Assembly (NCBI GenBank): GCA_026395055.1
Contig: JAPLZK010000001.1
Span: forward strand, 81,527-145,526
Length of the DNA stretch: 64,000 bases
Reading direction: 5' to 3'
From: Candidatus Uhrbacteria bacterium
Lineage (GTDB): Bacteria; Patescibacteriota; Patescibacteriia; UBA9934; GWF2-40-263
Positions 1 to 9,440 of this stretch are shown piece by piece. The position numbers were made by a program, and so were the translations under genes. The notes under the pieces were generated by a model. That model saw nothing but the letters and a program-made list of their open reading frames with translations. It did not search any database and had not been told where the DNA came from. How positions within the stretch are numbered: position 1 is the stretch's first letter; every line of letters starts with the position of its first letter.

Positions 1-704
1 AGAAAGCTTATTGCTTCAGAACCACGCTTCTTTATTTGCACACGATCAGATGTGACACACACGATTTGAAGATCACCCGGAATCAGGTTGAGTTGATTCA
101 AGAGGTCAACAACATCCGCATGTGTCTTTGTACATTCATCACGAAAGGATTGCGGGTTGTGATCAACATCGAAGCTTCGGGATCGAACGCGCGAGAGCCA
201 AGCGATTCCATCTGATATGTCGGGATCTGAAAACAGAGAACCCATCGTTTTATCCAAGAGATCGTTTGTCTCGTTGAAAAATTGAACGTGTGGTGCTGTA
301 TCCCGATCGGATCCAAATGCGATGAGGCGAATGCGTTCATCTGGATTTGCGTAATCTCCGTACTGAAGAGGCCCCCAAAGGTTCAGTTGAGCGGTGAGCT
401 CTCCTTGATTATCGAGATGTATGTTCCAATTCAATTCATGTCCGTTAGGGTTGTTGGTCTTCACGTAAATTCCGGATGTATTTGCTCCTGTTGAAACAAA
501 TGAGCCTCTATTGCAACTTGCGATGGGGGTTCTTTTTTGCCGCAAGGCAAAGACGATCGCTTTCAATAACGATGTTTTTCCTGAACCGTTTTCTCCCATG
601 ATGACATTCCATCCTGGTTGTGGTTTGAGAAACAGGTTGAATGAGCAATCGCGAAAACATGCAAATTTTTCAAGAACGATTTGTTGAATGTAGCCACGGC
701 TCAT
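1..704 (-). CDS. AAA/ABC-type ATPase, 5'-partial; gene continues off the window start
   Basis: Minus-strand ATG at 704..702 opens a frame that is still open at position 1. The N-terminus (MSRGYIQQIVLEKFACFRD...NVIMGENGSGKTSLLKAI) is an RecF/SMC/OLD-like Walker A. The ORF track omits it because it runs off the edge. Confidence 0.6.
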   Translation of the reverse strand, partial: MSRGYIQQIVLEKFACFRDCSFNLFLKPQPGWNVIMGENGSGKTSLLKAIVFALRQKRTPIASCNRGSFVSTGANTSGIYVKTNNPNGHELNWNIHLDNQGELTAQLNLWGPLQYGDYANPDERIRLIAFGSDRDTAPHVQFFNETNDLLDKTMGSLFSDPDISDGIAWLSRVRSRSFDVDHNPQSFRDECTKTHADVVDLLNQLNLIPGDLQIVCVTSDRVQIKKRGSEAISF

Positions 705-790
705 GACGGCTCCTTTTCTGTTTTGTTCAACGAACCTGCGAACAAAAACAGGTGCTAATTTAGCACCTGTTTCTTGTTTTTGTCAATCGA

Positions 791-2083
791 TTACATTTTC
801 ACCATCACGCTCTTCACAAGTTCAATCACCTTGCGGTTCAAGACAACCTGTTCAACGTACTGGCGGTATTCTGGGGAATAGATTTGTTTTTTGGATTCTG
901 GGTCTTCATGACGTGCGGCAACCTCATCTAATTCTGTGTCGAGCTCTTCATCTGTTACAGAAAGTGTTTCACGTCTTGCAATTTCACGCATTGCGATTGC
1001 GACCTTAATGCGCATGAGTGCTTGCGGAGTGAAATCGAGTTTGATTTGCACGAGAGTTTTCTTCAGACTCTGTACGTATTTTTCGAAGTCCATTCCTTGT
1101 TCTTCTACACGTGATTTCAATTCACGAATCATCTTTTCGATTTCTTCGTTCAAGAGAAGATCAGGAATATTTTCGAATTGTGTTTTGTTTGCAATGAGTT
1201 CAAGCGCTTCTTTTTCTTGACGCATTTGTTCTTCGCGAATTTTTTCATCCATCAAATTTTTGTGGATAAGGTCGCGCATCATGGCAAAGTCTTTGAGACC
1301 AAGAGATTGTGCGAATGCGTCATCCATTTGTGGAGGTTCAAGATGAAAAAGTTCTTTGAGAACAATTTCGAAATCAATATCTTGGCCTGCCAAAAATTCC
1401 TGTGCATGATCTGCGGGAAACGGAAGTGTGAAGTTTTTTGATTCACCTTCTTTTAATCCAACCAATTGTTCTTTGAACCCAGGAATGTAATATTCTTCCG
1501 CGAGGTAAACTGCATGATTTGGAGATTGTCCGCCTTCAATTCCGACACCTGCTTTTTTCATGTCCATGGACACAACAGCCTTATCTGTTTCCTTCACGAC
1601 TGAACCGGCTTCCGCACGAACTTCTTTTGTTTGCATGCGTGTGAGATCTTTGAGGGCGAGCTCAACATCATGATCTGCAACTTCAGGAACTTTTCCTTGG
1701 ACAGATAATTTTTTGAAATCCGCGAGCTCTTTTACAGACGGCATGCGTGTGACTTCTGCGGTAAAGATGAGTTCATTTCCGGCTGCCATTTTTTCTACTT
1801 CGATTTTTGGAGAACCAACCGTATCGATTTCATTTTTCAAAATGGCTTCCACAAAATATGCGCGCACGATTTTCTCAAGCGCTTCTTCCATAATTTTTGC
1901 TTCCCCAACACGTTGCTTCACGATTTCATATCCTGCCTTTCCTGGACGAAATCCTGGAATGGTTGAGTGTTCAGAAATGTGTTCTGCGGCTGCCTCAAGA
2001 AATGGTTGTTGTTCTTCAACGGACACCGTAAACGTGAGTTTTACGTGACCTTTTTCTTGTTCGTCGATTTGAATGTTTGGCAT
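791..2083 (-). CDS. tig: trigger factor (ribosome-associated chaperone/PPIase)
   Basis: Carries trigger-factor motifs: FRPGKAGYEIVKQRVGE, an N-terminal ribosome-binding region and a long helical C-terminus. The ORF runs to 2170, but the likely start is the internal Met (MPNIQIDEQ...) at 2083. Confidence 0.85.
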   Translation of the reverse strand: MPNIQIDEQEKGHVKLTFTVSVEEQQPFLEAAAEHISEHSTIPGFRPGKAGYEIVKQRVGEAKIMEEALEKIVRAYFVEAILKNEIDTVGSPKIEVEKMAAGNELIFTAEVTRMPSVKELADFKKLSVQGKVPEVADHDVELALKDLTRMQTKEVRAEAGSVVKETDKAVVSMDMKKAGVGIEGGQSPNHAVYLAEEYYIPGFKEQLVGLKEGESKNFTLPFPADHAQEFLAGQDIDFEIVLKELFHLEPPQMDDAFAQSLGLKDFAMMRDLIHKNLMDEKIREEQMRQEKEALELIANKTQFENIPDLLLNEEIEKMIRELKSRVEEQGMDFEKYVQSLKKTLVQIKLDFTPQALMRIKVAIAMREIARRETLSVTDEELDTELDEVAARHEDPESKKQIYSPEYRQYVEQVVLNRKVIELVKSVMVKM

Positions 2084-2196
2084 AAATTTGGATTGAATTT
2101 CTGCGAAAGTGTAGCGAAAACATTCGTGGTTGTCAATTATGAGCCGGTCCCTTTTGAAAAGAAAAAGCACCCGAATGGTTCGGGTGCGAGGGAGAG

Positions 2197-4194
2197 CTAG
2201 CTGCGCTTGGCAGGCTTGCTCATGAGTTTTGCTGTGACTTCACCGGCCTTTTGATGCAGTTCGTTTTGCGTCGATTCCTTCGGGAGAAGGATGTGTGCAA
2301 TGCGAAGGGCGATTTCACGAAAGCAGAGGGCGTAGCGCGTTGCGACGGACGCCTGTTCGTACATGGGATGAGCGAAGTTGAGGGTGATCTTCGCGTAAGC
2401 ACTCAGCTCCTGGAGAATACTTGTGCAGGGATTCCCTGGAAGTTTCGAGGAGTCGAGTTCGAACACGCGACCTTCGTACACAAACGTGTCATCGATCGTG
2501 TTTGAGGTTCGCGTATTTGGCTCGTAATCCTTTTCCACATGAATCGCGCAGTTCGCTGCAATGCCTTCATGTTCCGTATCTGTGACGGTGACATCAAAGG
2601 TTCCTTCCATGGATCCCGTGATGATGCGTGCAGATGTTTTGTCTGGTGCAATCTCGAGTTTGCCATCCCACTTTGCAGGGGGAGTCCACACGAGTTTTGC
2701 ATTCTCCGGAACATGTTCCAGGCGAATGTGACGTTCTTGCTTGCAGTCGAGGTGCAGTGAGGTTTGGGTAAACCGCATCGGCAATCGATCCACAATCTTG
2801 ATGCTCACTTCCGCTTCTGGTGCATTGCGTACATCGCCCATGAGACGGACGACGAGTTTGAAGATGCCAAGTTTCTTTGCCGTGTAGACAACACGCGTTC
2901 CTGTGTTTGGCTCAAGCGAGCCTCCACAAGCACTCGTGTCCCACACGTAGCGTCCTTCCTTCGGATTCTTGATGGTGATCACGCAGGTTTCACCCGGCGT
3001 GAGTTCGATCCGTCCATGATCCAGTTCGATCTTCGCAACCGAATGACGAGACGGTTTTTCGCCTGTGCGATCATGGAGATCTTGGCACAGTTTTGCGATA
3101 AGCGTTTCGTCGTCCGTTGTCTTGATCTCATCGGATTTCATGCCAAGTTCGGCTTCGACCTTGGGGACGATTTCGATACGAAGGCACTCGAGCAGTTTCC
3201 TGCAGAGGACTTCGTCTTCAAGAAGTGAGCCTTTAAATCCGTCACGATCGTTCGTGACGTACTCCCTCTCGTTCAGAGAACTGATTTCAATCCGACCCAT
3301 CACCCACGGATGCCGAAGCACGTGTGTGATTTCGTTTGCAAGCAGACTGTAGCGCGCGTCTTTCAGAAACGGCGCAATGAATTGCTCCCATGCACACACA
3401 GGATTTGGCGAACTCACTTTGACAGGCAACAAATGCTTGTTGTCCGCAACGATGTCCAAGTTCCAGTGAATGTCTCCAAGCGGCTGCGGTCCGTGGAAGC
3501 TACCCTCAATGGGCTTTCCGATCGTCACGCGGGGCTTGAGGGGTTGTTCGACCCACTTTCCATTTTTCAAGTATCGCACGCGGACAATGCGTGCCATGTA
3601 GGGAGAGAGTCTGTCTGCCAGATTCTCAACCAGATACTCCGGTGTACGACACTTCTGTTCGTTCGGAGTTCCAACGTTGAGGTCAAACCAGGTGATGTAG
3701 CTTCCGGTCGTACGCAATTCTTTCGGAATTCCGACAGATACGGGGCTCCAAACCAGGGGCTTCCAACTATTCGGAACGTTTCGATCCGGGAACCAGGCAT
3801 CAATCATCGACGCTTCGGTAAGCGTAATGGAGTGCACACCCTCTTCCGGTGTCTTTGTGAAGGCTACACATTTCTGTCCGTGATGGATAAAGCCAAGGCG
3901 GCCGTTTCCATTTTGCCCATGCTTGTTTTTGTCTCCAAGCGATGTGCTCACACACAGTCCTGTATAGGCATCACGATGATGAACATCCATTCCACTTCCG
4001 TTATCGTAGAACGACACGCAGCGCTTGCCGTCTTGTTCGAAAAACGTGATGAGAATCTCTGATGCGTTTGCATCGACCGCGTTGCAAACGATTTGCTCAG
4101 CGGCCTTTGAAAACTCGATGAATCCGTCGAGAAGTTTCCGGAGAACCTTCCCTGCGACATGATTTCCGCGAACCTTCATTGCTGTTTGACTCAT
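2197..4194 (-). CDS. GHKL (Bergerat-fold) ATPase-domain protein, ~665 aa, unknown function
   Basis: N-terminal GHKL motifs are present: N-box EQIVCNAVDANASEI, G1 box DNGSGMD and G2 box GQNGNGRLG. A beta-rich middle region and helical C-terminus follow, with no MutL, gyrase or Hsp90 signature motifs. The start ATG at 4194 overlaps the upstream stop as ATGA. Confidence 0.7.
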   Translation of the reverse strand: MSQTAMKVRGNHVAGKVLRKLLDGFIEFSKAAEQIVCNAVDANASEILITFFEQDGKRCVSFYDNGSGMDVHHRDAYTGLCVSTSLGDKNKHGQNGNGRLGFIHHGQKCVAFTKTPEEGVHSITLTEASMIDAWFPDRNVPNSWKPLVWSPVSVGIPKELRTTGSYITWFDLNVGTPNEQKCRTPEYLVENLADRLSPYMARIVRVRYLKNGKWVEQPLKPRVTIGKPIEGSFHGPQPLGDIHWNLDIVADNKHLLPVKVSSPNPVCAWEQFIAPFLKDARYSLLANEITHVLRHPWVMGRIEISSLNEREYVTNDRDGFKGSLLEDEVLCRKLLECLRIEIVPKVEAELGMKSDEIKTTDDETLIAKLCQDLHDRTGEKPSRHSVAKIELDHGRIELTPGETCVITIKNPKEGRYVWDTSACGGSLEPNTGTRVVYTAKKLGIFKLVVRLMGDVRNAPEAEVSIKIVDRLPMRFTQTSLHLDCKQERHIRLEHVPENAKLVWTPPAKWDGKLEIAPDKTSARIITGSMEGTFDVTVTDTEHEGIAANCAIHVEKDYEPNTRTSNTIDDTFVYEGRVFELDSSKLPGNPCTSILQELSAYAKITLNFAHPMYEQASVATRYALCFREIALRIAHILLPKESTQNELHQKAGEVTAKLMSKPAKRS

Positions 4195-5702
4195 GTTCTC
4201 TGTACTCCCTTGAGGTGTGAGTTGATTTTTGCGGACTCCCGCATTCCCTCTGTGACCTGGCAAGCACCGTCGCTTGGCCAGAGATCTTTCATACCCTGAT
4301 GAGAAATGAGAAGTTCAAACAACTCATTTCCGATTTTCGGACCAACAATCTGTTTGAGGTATCGATGATCCAATTCACACACAAGCGTTAACGCTCCACG
4401 CAAGACCATAACAGCCTTTGTGAGTTGGTCGAGTTCTTGTGTCGTGAGCTTTTCACCAGGTCGAGGGTTGAATGTTTCTCGTGAGAGATGTTTCAACACA
4501 AGACCCGAAAGATCATGCACATTCGGATTCGATGGTTGGCCTTTGAGGCGCAACAATCGATCAAGTGTGAATTGCGCAATTTCAATTTGGGCATCAAGTA
4601 AAGCTTCCATCGAAGGAGGCCCCTCGGGTTTTTCCGTGGGTTCCTCGACGTGTTCTGTGACAGGCACCACAGGTTGATTGATGCGTGTTTCTCGCACGAC
4701 CTCCAGGATTGGTGGGGGTTTCTTAGCATGACTCCGTTTCGGTGGAGTTGCCTTTGCCAATTTTGGCGCAGGGTCTTCCGTCTTCACGATTTGAGGCACG
4801 GCTGGCTTGATTTGGACTTTGAGCGGATGGCTCACAGACCAGATTCCAGATTCTTCTGTGTCTCGATAGTGACGGAGGTTTTCATCAAATGCTTTTTTGA
4901 GCGCGGGCACGCGCTCGCAAACGATGACGCGCAAGATTTTTTCCATCGTTGCGACCGTAAAACGCTTGTCTTTTCCTTTCGGATTCCACCTCTTCAGGAG
5001 GGTGTAAACAATCTGTTTGTGCAGTCCGGTTTTTTCCGAGATGCGTGTGTCTGTGTTTCCAGGAAATGTTTTTAGAAACCATGCGGGCACATGTGTGAAC
5101 GATGGAATGTCTGGAAACAGTTCTTCTGGCTCGCAGCCGAAAATGGCACGGATCATCATGTCGAAGATCAAATCTTCCAGGCAGGTGACGGGTTTGAGCC
5201 CACCACACAACCCTTTCAGAATCGCGGGCAAAAATTCTTGGCTTGGGAGCCGAGCCGAAGCGCCTTCAATCGTCCAACGACAGAAGACACTTGGGGAAAT
5301 CTTGAAGGCGAGTGCCGTATACAGGTCATTGTCATAAGCTTCGCGCAAAATGTTTAGCTCAAGGACAATGTCTGACCGGTGAACGAGTTGATCATAGGAG
5401 ATGAATGCGCTCAGTTCTGGGTGATTCAGAAGCAGCTTTTGCTTTGCATCACACACCATCCAACCATCAATATCGATTCCCGTAAGGGCTTCGATCCGTT
5501 GTTTCTGCGAAGTCAAAAGATCATTTGTCGGCTTGTTTTCAAGCCAATCCGTCAAGTTTTTGAAGCCAACTCCGTTTTTGCGAAGAACTTCTTGTGCTTG
5601 CGGAATGGTTTTTAGGCCATTCAGTTCCATCCATTGTCGCCAGAGTCCCTCGAGGGAGGTGTCCGGGCCAAAGACAAGCGATTTCAATGACTTCGTTTTC
5701 AC
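4191..5702 (-). CDS. hypothetical protein (503 aa), partner of the GHKL ATPase
   Basis: Long ORF with a GTG start at 5702, preceded by AAGGAGGAAAC. It contains a Pro/Lys-rich linker (PAPKLAKATPPKRSHAKKPPP). Its stop TGA overlaps the downstream ATG, implying translational coupling. Confidence 0.55.
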   Translation of the reverse strand: MKTKSLKSLVFGPDTSLEGLWRQWMELNGLKTIPQAQEVLRKNGVGFKNLTDWLENKPTNDLLTSQKQRIEALTGIDIDGWMVCDAKQKLLLNHPELSAFISYDQLVHRSDIVLELNILREAYDNDLYTALAFKISPSVFCRWTIEGASARLPSQEFLPAILKGLCGGLKPVTCLEDLIFDMMIRAIFGCEPEELFPDIPSFTHVPAWFLKTFPGNTDTRISEKTGLHKQIVYTLLKRWNPKGKDKRFTVATMEKILRVIVCERVPALKKAFDENLRHYRDTEESGIWSVSHPLKVQIKPAVPQIVKTEDPAPKLAKATPPKRSHAKKPPPILEVVRETRINQPVVPVTEHVEEPTEKPEGPPSMEALLDAQIEIAQFTLDRLLRLKGQPSNPNVHDLSGLVLKHLSRETFNPRPGEKLTTQELDQLTKAVMVLRGALTLVCELDHRYLKQIVGPKIGNELFELLISHQGMKDLWPSDGACQVTEGMRESAKINSHLKGVQRT

Positions 5703-5784
5703 GTTTCCTCCTTGTAAAGGGCATCCACCAAACCGTAGGCGGAGAAACGATCCTAGCAAAGCAAAGGTCGAATGTCAAGGGAAT

Positions 5785-5813
5785 CTTGACAAAAAGAAGC
5801 GTTTTCATTAGAT
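5785..5813 (+). promoter_or_regulatory. sigma70-like promoter (TTGACA-17-TAGATT)
   Basis: ttgacaaaaagaagcgttttcattagatt sits about 38 nt upstream of the 5851 start, and GGGAGA lies before the ATG. Confidence 0.45.
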
Positions 5814-5850
5814 TGATCTCTTCCTATATTCAGGAAGACAGGGAGATTCG

Positions 5851-6621
5851 ATGCAACAGAGAGCGACAACATCAGAGACAACCGTTCTTGCAGCCGCAAT
5901 TCCGGCAAAAGATGCGAAAGTGATTCATTTGGGTGCCAAGCAGTTTCAGGTTTGGAAGGCGTTTCACGATGAGTGGATGAAGACGTCACAACCGATTTCT
6001 GCAGAGAGTGCCGAACGTTTGGTGCACAGTGTAATTCCCATGGTGAGCAATTGGTCGAGCGTGCTTTACGAACTCGAACAGAAAGGTGCGATGACCTCAA
6101 GTGAGGAATCAAGCCGCAAGTTTCGCACTCCTGTGACGAATGGGATTGTGATCACGAGCGGGTTCAAGAGTAATGAGCGTCAATGCTGGCCAGAGATTGC
6201 ATCCACGGGAACATCACCAAAACCGAAGAAACTCAAGTTGGTGCAGCCGGCACGAACGCCAGCGCCTGCTGTTGTGGTGCCGAACATTGTTTCGAAAGTT
6301 GCTCTGCAACAGCAACTTCAATCGAAGCAGGATGCATTGCAGACTGGTCTGAGGCGCTGCAAGCAAGATCGTATCGATAGTAAAACGCTTGAGCAGCAAA
6401 CTATTGCCGGTGAAATCGAGTCGATCGAGGAACAGATCACGGCTTTGCAGACACGACTTAGTGAAAAACTTGAACAGCACGAAACAGTTCGTGACACACT
6501 TGCAGAAATGTGTTCGCAGGAATGCACTTCAGAAGAAGCAGGTTTGCAGGATGTGGTCACGGAGATCGCAGACCTCGAATCTGCACTCAGGGTGTATGAC
6601 CGAATCGTTCAGCCGACTTAG
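5851..6621 (+). CDS. hypothetical protein with C-terminal coiled coil
   Basis: ORF of 256 aa with an upstream promoter and SD. The C-terminal third has heptad-like periodicity (IESIEEQITALQTRLSEKLEQ). A terminator follows. Confidence 0.5.
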   Translation: MQQRATTSETTVLAAAIPAKDAKVIHLGAKQFQVWKAFHDEWMKTSQPISAESAERLVHSVIPMVSNWSSVLYELEQKGAMTSSEESSRKFRTPVTNGIVITSGFKSNERQCWPEIASTGTSPKPKKLKLVQPARTPAPAVVVPNIVSKVALQQQLQSKQDALQTGLRRCKQDRIDSKTLEQQTIAGEIESIEEQITALQTRLSEKLEQHETVRDTLAEMCSQECTSEEAGLQDVVTEIADLESALRVYDRIVQPT

Positions 6622-6630
6622 AAGCCCTTA

Positions 6631-6658
6631 CCGCCGGATTTATTCCGACGGTTTTTTC
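6631..6658 (+). terminator. rho-independent terminator
   Basis: ccgccggatttattccgacgg hairpin followed by ttttttc. Confidence 0.5.
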
Positions 6659-6687
6659 TTTGTTTGTAATCTGTATTTACAAGATTT

Positions 6688-6717
6688 ACAAAAAGAAAAA
6701 ACATCGCGGATGCGATG
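6688..6717 (-). terminator. rho-independent terminator for the convergent minus-strand gene
   Basis: acatcgc-gga-gcgatgt hairpin, with a U-run on the minus strand (plus-strand aaaaagaaaaaa). Confidence 0.55.
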
Positions 6718-6718
6718 T

Positions 6719-8428
6719 TTAAGAGTCAGTGCCCGTCTGCTTGGGTTTGCGATTGCTGTTCAAGAGTTCCCAGTATTCACGTTTGCCACGCAGGATTTGT
6801 TCCATGACATTTTTCTTGTCATGGCAAAGAGCAAGATAAACTTCTGCCAGCTGACGCACTTCCTTGTGCGGAATCCAGCGCCAATGGTTTTTGTCGCGTT
6901 CGCGATCGAATGCCTTATAAAATTCTTCGTCCTTGCTATGATCTCCGTAAACAGATCCAGGAGCAAGGTTCGAGAATTCAATGAATGCGGTAAGCGATCG
7001 CATGGTTTTTGCTTTTCGCTTTGAGTCCACTGGATTGCAGACGTGTGCCGTGATGTAGAGCAGACGAAGTTCTGCTTCAAATGTTGTTGGTGCATCTGTG
7101 AACACATGCACGACAGGTTTTTCTGTCTCTGCGACGCGGATTTTTTTGTGTGGCTCAGGAACTTTCTCAAACAAACGCAAGAGTGCGTCTGGAAGTTTCG
7201 GATAGTCCGCCTGAAAGCGGAGCATGTTCTCGCGCTGTGTAAAGGATTCATCGTCTGCATTCAAAAGAGCCAGACGGTGTGCCGTCTCTTCCATTTGCAA
7301 ATGGATTTCAGCAGAAAGGCTGAGTTCGAATAGTTCACACGCTCCGCGAATACGTTCGCAACGCGTTCGAAGTTGCTCGAGTTGCTGTTCTGTTTCAAGA
7401 TACACGTTTTTGATTTCGTGAATCCGATCAATGCTGGTCCGCATGATTGTGTCGTGAGATCCAATCTGAAGGCGTTCCGCTTGCAGTTGTGAAAGAAGAG
7501 CTTCAAGCTTGCGTGCATCGTCTGTGTTTGGATGTTGCGTCATCGCACTCATCCAAACATCGAGGCGTGCGCGTCGCGTTGGTGCTTCTTCGATGAGCGC
7601 ATCGCACAACTGTTTGCGTGCATGGCGATGCTCTTGGTAGAGATCGCGTTCGCTTACAAACCGTTGATACTCCGCGCGTAAATTTCTTGGCAGTGCCACG
7701 GCGTCTTCGTAGACTTCGTGAATCAACTGTTGAATCCGCGTGAGGAGTGACGTGTCGCGTGATGGCGCGCCAGGTTTCGCAATTTGCTCAATTGCGTGAA
7801 GGGCATCGTTTGTCTCTCCTTCGGCAAGATGACGAAGCAGTTGAAGGACGTATTCTCCAGCGGGCTGTCCCGCAAGATTCATGTCTTCGGCAAGCTCTGC
7901 GAGATCGCGCAGGTCTGATGTGATGCCTGGCACGTCATCGCGTTCTTCTGCGACAAGGAGTGATTCCTTGAGCGTTTGAATTTCTGTACGAGCCTGCCCC
8001 AAATCGATTGTTGCCTGTGCGAGTTCTGTTGCGACACGCTGTTGTTCGGTGATCAAACGAGCACTCTCAGATTCTGTTTGAGCAAGTTGTGCCTGCATGG
8101 TTTGTTCTGTTTTACGAGAGGCAACCAAGCTTACACGTACTTTTTCGAGTTCCTCGGTTGCGACACGAGCCGCTTCCTCACTCGTCGCCTTTCCCTTCTG
8201 GAGAGAGGTAGTGCGAAGCGTGAGTGTTTCGATCTGTGTTTCAAGAGAAAGGAGTCGTTCTCGCTCTTGTTCTACGGCTTTGAGTTTTTCTCGTTCAAAG
8301 AACGAACGAGATGTTGGAACGAACGCGCCGGGCGCATGCGGAGTATCAAGTTCGATTGCGCGTAGTGGAAGCGACGCGTCGTTCAAGAGTGCCACAAGCG
8401 GCAGGCGAGGCTTTATTGCTGGTGCCAT
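6719..8428 (-). CDS. hypothetical long coiled-coil protein (~570 aa)
   Basis: ORF to 8512, with the likely start at 8428 (MAPAIKPRLP) preceded by AAGGGGAAAC. A central stretch of ~250 aa is Ala/Glu/Gln/Leu-rich and predicted coiled coil. No recognisable catalytic motif. Confidence 0.5.
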   Translation of the reverse strand: MAPAIKPRLPLVALLNDASLPLRAIELDTPHAPGAFVPTSRSFFEREKLKAVEQERERLLSLETQIETLTLRTTSLQKGKATSEEAARVATEELEKVRVSLVASRKTEQTMQAQLAQTESESARLITEQQRVATELAQATIDLGQARTEIQTLKESLLVAEERDDVPGITSDLRDLAELAEDMNLAGQPAGEYVLQLLRHLAEGETNDALHAIEQIAKPGAPSRDTSLLTRIQQLIHEVYEDAVALPRNLRAEYQRFVSERDLYQEHRHARKQLCDALIEEAPTRRARLDVWMSAMTQHPNTDDARKLEALLSQLQAERLQIGSHDTIMRTSIDRIHEIKNVYLETEQQLEQLRTRCERIRGACELFELSLSAEIHLQMEETAHRLALLNADDESFTQRENMLRFQADYPKLPDALLRLFEKVPEPHKKIRVAETEKPVVHVFTDAPTTFEAELRLLYITAHVCNPVDSKRKAKTMRSLTAFIEFSNLAPGSVYGDHSKDEEFYKAFDRERDKNHWRWIPHKEVRQLAEVYLALCHDKKNVMEQILRGKREYWELLNSNRKPKQTGTDS

Positions 8429-8514
8429 GTTTCCCCTTTTGTTGAAAGCCAGAGAGCGAGCGTAGCAAAAGAAATGCGTTCCGTCAAGATATCGTAATAA
8501 AAAAACCGCCACTC

Positions 8515-9345
8515 TTAGGGAGTTGCGGTGAGATAGTTGGATGTGTGATCCAAAGCATATTTTGGCAACGTGCGCTTTTGCCGGTCTTTCTTTGCTCGTT
8601 CAATCAGGTCAATGATTTCTGCGAGCGACAAGCAACGAACAAGATCTGGTTCCGACGCAAGCTGTGCCGCACTCCATTGTTTGAGGACGCCGGATTGCAG
8701 GAGCTCAATCCAATCATCCATACGTTCTGCCCCGTGTGCCTTTGCTAGTGCGAAGATGGTATTGATTTCGATATTGCATTCCTGCGCATACGCAACAAGG
8801 CGCAGACAGCGACATGGTGAAATGGTTGCCTGCATCTCGGTCAAGAGTTTCACGGTGTTCGTGAAGACAAAAGAGGTGAGACGCATTGTTGTCGTGGTCG
8901 AATTTGGTTCACACGCAAGATGTGTTCCAATGAGTTCCATGAGCCGCTCGTATCGCTCCAAAAATTGATCATGCAGACGACCCTTGAGCCCGTCTTTTTT
9001 TCCTGGATTGTCGAACGTCAGCAACTGTTCTTCGCAGAAGCGAATACATGTAGCGGCATCTTCGGGTGTTGCGAAAACAACATCATGTTTTTCTGCAAGC
9101 AAGAGTTGTTCCACCCACACCATTCCACGAATGTGTGTTCTTGAAACAAAAATCTTTGCGTAGAAACCGGATGCAGGTACTTCTGGATAGAGTTCATCGA
9201 AACGCTCGAGAATGAGTCGCAAGCGACCCCATTCATCTTTTCCAAGACTTTTGATAAATGTCTCTTCTGGTTGTGTGAACTGAATCCATGTTCGAAGAGC
9301 TTGGTTCCGTTCTTTCTTTTTCATTCCGTCCTGAATTTTTGCCAT
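8515..9345 (-). CDS. hypothetical protein (276 aa)
   Basis: Clean ORF with GGGGGA before the ATG. It sits directly upstream of the coiled-coil gene and is probably co-transcribed with it. No recognisable motifs. Confidence 0.5.
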   Translation of the reverse strand: MAKIQDGMKKKERNQALRTWIQFTQPEETFIKSLGKDEWGRLRLILERFDELYPEVPASGFYAKIFVSRTHIRGMVWVEQLLLAEKHDVVFATPEDAATCIRFCEEQLLTFDNPGKKDGLKGRLHDQFLERYERLMELIGTHLACEPNSTTTTMRLTSFVFTNTVKLLTEMQATISPCRCLRLVAYAQECNIEINTIFALAKAHGAERMDDWIELLQSGVLKQWSAAQLASEPDLVRCLSLAEIIDLIERAKKDRQKRTLPKYALDHTSNYLTATP

Positions 9346-9440
9346 GCAATCCCCCTTGAAGCTGAGGGGGCATCATGGGCGAGAATTGACGTTTTGTCAA
9401 GAGTTTGATAGATTCTTCCCTCGCTTGCATAAGGAGAATC

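Noticed and set aside
2220-8465. Numerous 60-250-aa ORFs on the opposite strand or in alternative frames inside the GHKL, partner and coiled-coil genes (for example 3310..4062, 2764..3228, 6760..7260, 8097..8465)
   Set aside because: These are shadow ORFs inside long, well-supported genes, with no SDs and low-complexity translations.
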